From Candidatus Nomurabacteria bacterium (GTDB lineage: Bacteria > Patescibacteriota > Minisyncoccia > Phycocordibacterales > CAIZLB01): a DNA stretch of 64,000 nucleotides. The position numbers and the translations under genes were made by a program. Below the pieces are notes generated by a model. That model ran no database searches and was not told the DNA's origin. It saw only the letters and a list, made by a program, of their open reading frames with translations. This document shows positions 1 to 8,063 of this stretch, piece by piece. The DNA lies in NCBI GenBank assembly GCA_943356525.1, contig CALRFG010000001.1, positions 7,278-71,277 on the forward strand, read 5' to 3'. The first letter of the stretch is position 1. The number at the start of each line of letters is the position of its first letter.

Positions 1-993
1 TGAATTTAATTTACTTTGAATAACGATATTTTGAAAAGTGACACCAGAACCCATACCTGCACCAGCCGAATAACATAGTTTATTTTCAGTTCTCAATTTT
101 TCAAAAACTAAATCACTTATTACTAAAACAAGAAGTCTCAACGTGGCAATCTTTTTTGAATCTTTTTTCAAATCAAATATAGGTAATATTATTTCAGCTT
201 CTATACTAGCTTGTTCTTCATCACCAAGACCGATATCTATATATTTATTTTCATATTTATTTTCTTTAGGCTTTCCAATTGTTTTTAAGAGATTTGGAAT
301 CTCTGACTTTTTACCAACAGAAACTTGCTTCAGGTTTATGAGTATTGTATTTTTTATATCTTCAAGATTGTCTAAGTTTCCTGCAATAAAAATCTTAAGA
401 TTACTTTTAACCAAAAACCTATCCTTAGCTTTTCTTAAATCCTCAGGTGTATTTTTCTCTATAGTATCTACCCAACCAATAACACTATTGGTTCTTAGTA
501 ATTCAGGACAGTCAAATAAATTATTTTTTCTTAAAGTAATCAAATATTTTAAATATGTCTCATTTGTATAATATCTCCACAACTCTTGAACAATAACCTT
601 CTTTTCACTTTCCACCGCTTCTGGGTCAAATTTGGGACTAATAACAGAACTGAAGAATACATCTAATACATGCTCAGCATCTTGTGGTAGACATTTACCA
701 ATAATTTGTAGTTTATATAAACTTGTATTTGCATTTGCTGTTCCAAGTGTGTATTTATTTGAGAACTCTCTATAAGCTTTCTCATCTTCTATAAGATCGG
801 AACCTTTCAAAATCACATGCTCTAAAAAATGAGCACATCCTTCAAGCCCTGGTTCATCATGCATAGCACCGTAATCAAACACGAGTTTGATATGAACACA
901 CGGGGCTGTGGATATATGTTTATAATAAAAAGGTACACCATCTACAGAATCTTCGGTAAAAACATACGGATCTTCTTTAAAATATTTAGTCAT
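1..993 (-). CDS. M16 (insulinase/pitrilysin) family zinc peptidase, truncated by the window edge
   Basis: The minus strand starts at ATG 993 and reads GCAHFLEHVILKGS (HxxEH motif, ~805-840). It is missing from the ORF track because it runs off the edge. TGCTATAAT lies 7 nt before the ATG. Confidence 0.85.
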   Translation of the reverse strand, partial: MTKYFKEDPYVFTEDSVDGVPFYYKHISTAPCVHIKLVFDYGAMHDEPGLEGCAHFLEHVILKGSDLIEDEKAYREFSNKYTLGTANANTSLYKLQIIGKCLPQDAEHVLDVFFSSVISPKFDPEAVESEKKVIVQELWRYYTNETYLKYLITLRKNNLFDCPELLRTNSVIGWVDTIEKNTPEDLRKAKDRFLVKSNLKIFIAGNLDNLEDIKNTILINLKQVSVGKKSEIPNLLKTIGKPKENKYENKYIDIGLGDEEQASIEAEIILPIFDLKKDSKKIATLRLLVLVISDLVFEKLRTENKLCYSAGAGMGSGVTFQNIVIQSKLNS

Positions 994-1069
994 AGGTTTA
1001 ATTATAGCAGGGCTGTCAAATCTTCCTATCTATGTAATAATAACCCCATGTAGTCGTTTACATATATAC

Positions 1070-1463
1070 GGGGATGACCGGATTCGATATATAGATCTTT
1101 AACACATATGCGTAACCGAGTACCCTCAAATCTCGTTAAACTTTGAGGAACCCTATGTGCTAAAACACAGAAAGCTGTTGCGTCCAATTTTGGATTCAGC
1201 AACTCTTTCGCCTTTGCTAGAGCCTAGCTCTACCTCATGCGAGACATCTTACTACTATCTACTTTGTGTAGGAGATAAGGTGTAATATAGCAAAGTAAGG
1301 TTAAGGTGTTATCTTGAGCCTTGATCGAGATTATAAGATTAGTTTATATGATGTTTGGATGTGTATTTATAATCATATAAATGAAGTTTGAAAACATATC
1401 TATGTTACGTAGATGTATGTGTTATACCTATATAGACGAGGGTTCAACTCCCTCCATCTCCAC
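1070..1463 (+). ncRNA. ssrA: tmRNA
   Basis: 5' GGGGATG...GGATTCGA; 3' GACGAGGGTTCAACTCCCTC-CATCTCC-A. The acceptor stem has the G3.U pair. Tag ORF 1159-1227 reads AKTQKAVASNFGFSNSFAFARA*. CCA is not encoded. Confidence 0.93.
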
Positions 1464-1662
1464 TTTTCAAAGAATTTCAAATTATTTGTAATAATTTATA
1501 TTTTATATTTTTGTTTTATACAAGAGCGTGAAAATAAGGTCGTAAAAATATCCATCTATCAGATATATAAACCCGATTATACATTCAGAAATGCCTCAGG
1601 CTTTTCATTTAATTAGAAGAAAAGATAAAAATATTAAACTTTTAGTAGTTAAGGTAATGTCG

Positions 1663-2937
1663 TTAAAAATTAAACGATTCAAGGCAGTCTCGATAATAAA
1701 AATTTTTATTAACTATCAAATCACAAATTTTTCTATCTTTATTTATTATTGCCGAATTTATAAAACATACATTTACGACATCTTCTGTTTTAAATTGATT
1801 GCACAAGTTGGGATCATCTATTGTTTTATTTTCCAAAATAATTAGTTTACATATTTCTGGCGTAATATAAGTATAAGTATTTTTACTAATTTTTTCACAA
1901 ATTTTTGTATCTTTTTTTGTGAATGCTACGTTAAAATAACATTTATCTTTAAGATAACTATCATTCTGTGATTCACAAACAGACTCACCCCTTTGTATTA
2001 TGGCAAAATTAATCTTACATTCACTCTGTAACCCTTTAGATACCTCATTTCGAGAAGAAACGTCAGCAAAAGTATTTATTTGTTCACAGATCTTTAATCT
2101 ATCATCATAGTTTTTATCCGTGATTTTTCTATCCATAGTATTTTCTATAAAATCCTTATAAAACAAGTCTTTGCTTTCAAAATTAGGTTTAATAATTTTT
2201 AATGAAAAATATCGATTTGAATTTTTATAATTTATTTTAAAATAAAAGACATTTTCATTCCAAAAAAAATCTGCGAGAGAAGCGTCGTAATGACTACTTC
2301 TTACATATTTTCCAATTTTTATATATCTACCATCTTTGGTAAACAAAGCCAAAACATCTTCCTTGTTGTATGATGTGAATGAGAATCTGGTAGAATTTTG
2401 TTTATCAGAATAACTTAATATAGCAAAATCTCCATATGTATTCACTGTAGTATTATTTGTATAGGTATCAGCGTCACTTATTTTTTTAATCTTATTCTCA
2501 CTAAGATCAAAATAAAAAGTATCCCCCTCATATGACCATTCACTTTCATTTTTTAAAATTACAGCGTAATCAAAAATTTTATAAGAATAATTTGGTACAT
2601 ACGGAGAAAGTAAATATTCATCGTTTTCTGTCTTTAGTGTATTTGGTGGATAAAGAAAGTTCTTTTTTATATAATTAAATTTATTTTTTGAAAATTTACC
2701 TTCTGCCTCTTCAGCAAGAACACCAGTTTTTTTCATATCCATGAAATCTGAAATAAAAATTTCTTCAATAGATACTATAGAATTATCAAAAAATAAATTT
2801 GTACCCTCTAATCTTTTTAACCCCTCGCCATTATTTGATGGTGTGAAAAAAAAGTAAAAAATACTCAGAACTAAAAACAAGATAATTAATCCTATACGCA
2901 AAGATAAAATATCTTTTATTTTAATTTTTTTCTTCAT
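1663..2937 (-). CDS. Membrane-anchored extracellular protein with C-terminal Cys-spaced repeats
   Basis: N-terminal TM segment and repeated C-x2-I-x5-7-C units. Likely start is ATG 2937 (TGATATAAT 7 nt upstream) rather than TTG 2982. Confidence 0.75.
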   Translation of the reverse strand: MKKKIKIKDILSLRIGLIILFLVLSIFYFFFTPSNNGEGLKRLEGTNLFFDNSIVSIEEIFISDFMDMKKTGVLAEEAEGKFSKNKFNYIKKNFLYPPNTLKTENDEYLLSPYVPNYSYKIFDYAVILKNESEWSYEGDTFYFDLSENKIKKISDADTYTNNTTVNTYGDFAILSYSDKQNSTRFSFTSYNKEDVLALFTKDGRYIKIGKYVRSSHYDASLADFFWNENVFYFKINYKNSNRYFSLKIIKPNFESKDLFYKDFIENTMDRKITDKNYDDRLKICEQINTFADVSSRNEVSKGLQSECKINFAIIQRGESVCESQNDSYLKDKCYFNVAFTKKDTKICEKISKNTYTYITPEICKLIILENKTIDDPNLCNQFKTEDVVNVCFINSAIINKDRKICDLIVNKNFYYRDCLESFNF

Positions 2938-3112
2938 AACCAAAATTATATCATATAAAAAAAATATCCTAAGTAATCTCAACCCTCACAGAGAGCCTTC
3001 ACAGGACTCACACTGTGGGGGCTTTTCTTTTACACCTTAGAGTACCTAAAAATAAACTCCAAAACCTCACCAAAATGATTTGATAAATTTGCCCTCGTGT
3101 CCACAAAATTAG

Positions 3113-3258
3113 AAACAACTCCTTAGGGAGTTGTTTTCGATATAGGTGATGAGAAAGTGCATAGTTGCACTTTCGGGTGAGAGTTGAAAAGCTTTGCTAT
3201 ATTTTTGAGGGGCTTTGCTCCGAAAAAATAGCAAAGGTGTACTGAGACTGTAAGTCTC
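3113..3258. other. Multi-hairpin structured element of unknown function
   Basis: Stems AAACAACTCC/GGAGTTGTTT, GAAAGTGCA/TGCACTTTC, CTTTGCTAT/ATAGCAAAG and GAGAC/GTCTC. Confidence 0.6.
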
Positions 3259-3284
3259 TACCCCCCCCTCCATCTCCACAAAGC

Positions 3285-3313
3285 AGAAATAACCCGAAAG
3301 GGTTGTTTCTTTA
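3285..3313. terminator. Intrinsic terminator, probably bidirectional
   Basis: AGAAATAACCC-GAAA-GGGTTGTTTCT follows the duplicated tmRNA 3' end and faces the end of the 993-aa gene. Confidence 0.75.
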
Positions 3314-3335
3314 TCTTAAAATATAAAACTAATTA

Positions 3336-6317
3336 CTAAATCTCTGAAATCTCAGGACTTATACGGCAAATAGTAGATGATGAAAGATTTACACCTGGAC
3401 CTCTACAATTAACAGTTATTTTATGATTTGTTTTTAGATTATCAACACTTACAAATCCAGAATTTGAACCGTTGATAGGATCTAAATTAATTATTGGATT
3501 TGTAGGTGTTAATATGTTTTCGCCGATAGATACGACATCACAACTTGTATCATTTGGCATATTTTCTATATCCCAACTTACAACACATTTTCCACCCTTA
3601 TCAACAATTACATTAGGTTCTTTATTTAAGATTATCGAAGCTGAGTTTTGGGATCCAATATCATCTATTGCAGGAATAATACATGTTGTATTAACCGTTC
3701 TAAGCGTATTTGAATCTCTACTTTTATCAATTATATTAACAGGTATGGTTTGCTTTGATGTTGTCTTATTTATTGTAAACGAATTAGTTATAATTTTTTG
3801 GTTATCTTTATAATATTCTATTGTCGCACCATTTAAAGGACTTGCTATCAATATCACATTTGACACCGAAGGGGAGTTATTGTCGGAAACTGAACAACTT
3901 AGAAACAATTTACATTCTTTACTGTCTTTTTCATTGCTGACAGTTTCATTTGTTGTTTTATTGAAGCAAACCATATTTTGGGAATTACACCCACACTCAA
4001 TTTCATCGGCAGGAGGAGTTTCTATATTATTGACACATTGACCTTCAGGGTTTTTTATATAGTTTGTATCAATATAGTCACCGTCCAATGTTTTTTTTCT
4101 TATTATGTTACCAAATTTAATATAATCACCTTCTAGGTTTGGACAAACTGAAGTTATTTCACCAGGACAAACTCCTGCACCTGCAACACATACTTCTTGT
4201 GAATATATTCTAAAAGTTGAGGTGTTACCCCGAGCTTGATTTTGTAACATTATATAAAACTTATGTTTTCCTGGGGTTGTAGGCATTTTATATGTACCAG
4301 CATTTATATTATAGTTACTACTTCTTTCATGACCTCCAGCATTATAATAACCATTACCCCACGCTGAGGAAGCCCATAAATATTTACCTGATTTACCTTG
4401 AACGTTAGTATTTGTAAAACCAGTTTGAGGATAGGTTTTATATGGACCTTTAATAACCTCTGGATGACTTTGAACGCCACCTATTGAACTTATAGCAGTC
4501 CAAAAAGAAGCAAGTCTAGGTAAAACTCGTGGCCCCCACGTATCACCAGAATAAAATAAAACATTAATCCATTGAATTGTTGTATATCTTACTGATCTGA
4601 AATTTCTTGAAGTTACCTGTTGCCAAATATGTGCATCGTATATACCATTTAGATTAAAATTCCACCAATCATCACTAGGACCAAATAGATTGTTATTAAA
4701 TCCAGCATTATTACAAGCAACATAAGATGCATTAACCTGTAAAGTAAAGTCTTCACCCGGTTGATATATTCTTACATCACTAGGTTGAGGTGAGATAAAA
4801 GAATTTAATTTAAAATTTTGGGAAGAGTTAGCTTGTGGGGCTAACTCTGTTGTAAAAGCCTCCACTTTTTGAGAGATTAAAAATAAAGGAGTTAGTGCAA
4901 TTAAAAATAGCAAAGTACTTTTAGGCACTTTTTTATTTATTTTTTTTCTGAAAAATATAATTATAATAAATATTATAGGTAATAATGAAAGTAGAATAAT
5001 ATATGTGATTCTTATAGAATATTCTCCTAAATAAGTATTTTCTAATTCTTTCTCTGAAGGTAGATTAGTTTCATATCTTGATAAAATATCACCTTCTTCA
5101 TCAACCATCTCAGCTTTTATAATAAAACCGCTTACTGTTTTTGATATATCAACCTCAATAGCAGTAGTACTTGCTGCCGATAAATTTATTTGTGTCTGAC
5201 CTTCGCCTATAATATTATTCTTTCTATCAAAAATAGATAATTTTATCATTGCGGTTTTATTCACAGCAGTATTTTGAGTGTTACTAGCATTTTCTGTTGA
5301 ATCTTTTTCTATTTGATCGTAAAAAAACTTAGCAACTTCCTCAGAAGACATACTTGATATATCAACACCTTCAGGTTCACTTGTATCAAAATCATCAGTC
5401 TGATCATTTACAGCATTAATATCAAAAAAATCTTCATTTGTTATATTTAAAGGAATTCCAGCATATTCAATATTAACTTTAATTTTTTCTCCCTTCTTCG
5501 CGTCCAAAGAAGATGTATTTATGTTTAATATTGTACCTATATTACCTTCTAAAATATATCTAAAATAGGAAGATGGTATATAGTATTCGAGATTTTCAAA
5601 TGTTAAAACCCCAGCATAGACGAGAGGATTTATATTTGTTGGTAATTTCAATCTATACTCCTTGTTAGAATCCAATTCAATATCATCTAGTATGATGGTT
5701 TCTAAGGGTTTATTATTCAAAGTTGTTCTATTGTATAATTCTATTTTAGGTTTAACAGTAAGTCCTTTAATACCTATCTTGTCTATTTTGAATTTGATAA
5801 AAATATTTCCATCTTTTTTTACTGTTGGACCTTGTTGAGGGAAAAAATTTTTTCCTTCGGCTTCAATATTAAAATTATTTAAAGTTAAATTTTTTTTATT
5901 TTTTTTACTTTTTATAATTATAGGTTTTTGAATCTGATTTAAAAAAGTTCCATCTTTTGAGTAAACTGTAACAATAAAATCTGCTTTTGAGTTTAATTCG
6001 GTATTTAAAATATGTTCAAAATTAAAAACCTTATTAGATTTTGATTCTAAATAAATATTTTTTCCATATTGGAAATCGCTTTCTATTATTTGATTATCTA
6101 AACTTGTGGATATAAAAGTTTGTATATAAATATCTGACTCTCTTGAGGTTGAATTATTAAATATTCTAACGGAACCTTTAATAATTTCTTTTTCATTGTA
6201 TTCTATTTTATCTATAAATAAATCATTTACATAAACCCCTTCATCTTGGGCTAGTATTGTATTTTTATTACTAAAAATACAAAAAATAAATATGGAGATT
6301 AAAAATATTTTTTTCAT
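3336..6317 (-). CDS. Large surface protein: signal peptide, extracellular domain, TM, internal signal-like segment, Cys-rich domain, conserved C-terminal Ig-like domain
   Basis: 993-aa ORF ending CRISPEISEI; paralogous to the two adjacent genes. Confidence 0.85.
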   Translation of the reverse strand: MKKIFLISIFIFCIFSNKNTILAQDEGVYVNDLFIDKIEYNEKEIIKGSVRIFNNSTSRESDIYIQTFISTSLDNQIIESDFQYGKNIYLESKSNKVFNFEHILNTELNSKADFIVTVYSKDGTFLNQIQKPIIIKSKKNKKNLTLNNFNIEAEGKNFFPQQGPTVKKDGNIFIKFKIDKIGIKGLTVKPKIELYNRTTLNNKPLETIILDDIELDSNKEYRLKLPTNINPLVYAGVLTFENLEYYIPSSYFRYILEGNIGTILNINTSSLDAKKGEKIKVNIEYAGIPLNITNEDFFDINAVNDQTDDFDTSEPEGVDISSMSSEEVAKFFYDQIEKDSTENASNTQNTAVNKTAMIKLSIFDRKNNIIGEGQTQINLSAASTTAIEVDISKTVSGFIIKAEMVDEEGDILSRYETNLPSEKELENTYLGEYSIRITYIILLSLLPIIFIIIIFFRKKINKKVPKSTLLFLIALTPLFLISQKVEAFTTELAPQANSSQNFKLNSFISPQPSDVRIYQPGEDFTLQVNASYVACNNAGFNNNLFGPSDDWWNFNLNGIYDAHIWQQVTSRNFRSVRYTTIQWINVLFYSGDTWGPRVLPRLASFWTAISSIGGVQSHPEVIKGPYKTYPQTGFTNTNVQGKSGKYLWASSAWGNGYYNAGGHERSSNYNINAGTYKMPTTPGKHKFYIMLQNQARGNTSTFRIYSQEVCVAGAGVCPGEITSVCPNLEGDYIKFGNIIRKKTLDGDYIDTNYIKNPEGQCVNNIETPPADEIECGCNSQNMVCFNKTTNETVSNEKDSKECKLFLSCSVSDNNSPSVSNVILIASPLNGATIEYYKDNQKIITNSFTINKTTSKQTIPVNIIDKSRDSNTLRTVNTTCIIPAIDDIGSQNSASIILNKEPNVIVDKGGKCVVSWDIENMPNDTSCDVVSIGENILTPTNPIINLDPINGSNSGFVSVDNLKTNHKITVNCRGPGVNLSSSTICRISPEISEI

Positions 6318-6361
6318 AATAATATTATATATTATCTACTTTTTAAGTGCTAATTAAATTA
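6300..6361 (-). repeat. Copy 1 of a 62-bp promoter + first-six-codons repeat (copy 2 at 7889-7950)
   Basis: By-eye alignment shows 3 mismatches; contains TATAAT-6 nt-ATG AAA AAA ATR TTT TTA. Confidence 0.85.
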
Positions 6362-6374
6362 GTTAATTAAAATC

Positions 6375-7906
6375 TTATATTTCGTTAATTTCTGGGTTTA
6401 CACGACATACAGCAGACTCAGTCAGAGAAGGATTTAGGTTAACTCCTGCACAGGTTATACTAAACTTTGTATTTGACTGTATATCACTTTGGGTATATGA
6501 ACCTGTTGACGTACTGTTTACGGTAGCGTTAACTTTAATACCATCTCGTTTTAAAGTACACTCTGTGCCTGGTGGCATATTTTCTATTTTCCAAGACAAT
6601 TTACAGTCTCCACCTTTATCTAAGGTTACTAGGGGTTTTTTTGTTATTTTTATTGATGGTTTAGCTACCGGATCTTTTGGTTTGGTGATTGTTTCACTTG
6701 TATCTGCTTCACATTTAACAGTTTTTGATGTGTTATCAAAACTATCAGTCACAGTAACATCCATAGTCTGAAGTGACTTTGTATTTGGAATAGTGTATGT
6801 ATATGATGTTCCAGGATATTGTATTTTAGTATCTTTACCTGTACTGGTATACGTAATTGTTGCTATGTTCTGAGAAGGCGTTACTGTAAATTCAACATTT
6901 AAATTATTAATACTAGCATCACAGACTGCACTTAGACCGCACATAGGGGCGTTTGCGTCTCTTGTTTCCTCCTCACTGTTCCGTGTACCCACCCAATCTC
7001 TACCAACGCAGGCATAAGTTACGGGAGATAAACATTCACCATTTATCCCTTCTAATCCTTCAGGTATCTCTGTTTGTATTTCATTAATGTTTGAACATAA
7101 ATCTGGAATAGTTAGTACACAGTCACCGTTAACGTCAAGCTCATATCCTTCAGGTATCTCTGTTTGTATTTCATCAATATTTGGACATACATCGGAGACC
7201 TCTTCTTCAACGCAAAGACCTGCCCCTGTTACACAATATGTATGCTCAAAAAGTATATATGCTGAAGGTTTATAATATGTTAATTGTTTACCTTGTTCAG
7301 ATGTACCGTAGAGAGGGTTATAGTAACTTGAACAATACTCTCCATAACCAGCACTACTGGGGTCAGCATAACCCCCAGAACTCCCAGGACTCCAGAACCC
7401 ACAGGATGAAATAACAATAGGTCCGTTATAATATTCTCTAGGTTCATACGTATTCTCGACTGTGTTTCTGTATGCGTATATATATATATAGCATGTTTTC
7501 CAGGTATAGTTGATGCTTTGTACGGTTTTGTATATACACCAAATATATTACGCGTTACTTTAGTAGCGTTTTTAACATTTCTCCACCATACAACATCTGT
7601 TATGTAACCAAATACATTAAACGAGTATGCATTTTCTGTTTCATTTTTAACATAAAAATCAACAGTATACGTTTCATTATTACAATCAGATAGAGAAGTG
7701 AAGAAAGTTAGATTAAAAGCCTCGCCTGGTGAATAGTTTTTACCTAAACGGTAATCATAAGGTGAAGATACTGATGATATCCTAAATTCTGGAAAATCTG
7801 ATGATCTAACCGGATAAGCCTCAGCATTAACCCAAACATAACCTGACAAAAGCAACATTACAAACATTAATATTTTCTTATTTAAAAATAAAAACATTTT
7901 TTTCAT
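6375..7906 (-). pseudogene. Secreted Cys-rich paralog frameshifted at a (TA)7 tract, about 509 aa if (TA)6; possibly phase-variable
   Basis: Removing one TA at 7477-7490 joins the 7906 ORF to an open frame running into the 6375-6992 ORF, which ends CRVNPEINEI. Confidence 0.85.
7056..7174 (-). repeat. Internal 29-bp direct repeat with 90-bp period (C-x-NI-x-EIQTEIPEG twice)
   Basis: TCCTTCAGGTATCTCTGTTTGTATTTCAT at 7056-7084 and 7146-7174. Confidence 0.85.
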
Positions 7907-7947
7907 AATAATATTATATATTATTTACTTTTTAAGTACTAATTAAA

Positions 7948-8055
7948 TTAATCAATTTTCACTGACCTCATATCCATATCCTCAACATAATCAAATCTTA
8001 TTACAATATCTGGTTTTATTTCATCACTTTCTATAACACTAGGCCATTCTATAAA
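7948..8055 (-). repeat. Duplicated 3' end of tsaE (108 bp, 5 mismatches versus 10934-11041)
   Basis: Encodes FIEWPSVIESDEIKPDIVIRFDYVEDMDMRSVKID* versus tsaE FIEWPIIIENDEIKPDIVIRFDYVEDVDMRSVKID*. Confidence 0.93.
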
Positions 8056-8063
8056 CACATGAA

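Larger units (their letters stand above)
1450..3279. mobile_element. Putative integrase-free islet at the tmRNA 3' end
   Basis: The 14-bp direct repeat CCCTCCATCTCCAC at 1450-1463 and 3266-3279 flanks one opposite-strand gene. Confidence 0.6.

Noticed and set aside
143-1845. Plus-strand ORFs at 143-571, 829-1053, 1413-1616 and 1591-1845
   Set aside because: They shadow the minus-strand M16 peptidase, tmRNA or the membrane protein gene and show no motifs.
3140-3279. Group I intron or split tRNA/tmRNA explanation for the structured element
   Set aside because: tmRNA is already complete at 1070-1463, and I could not identify a P7 core or a cloverleaf. Kept only as an unknown element.
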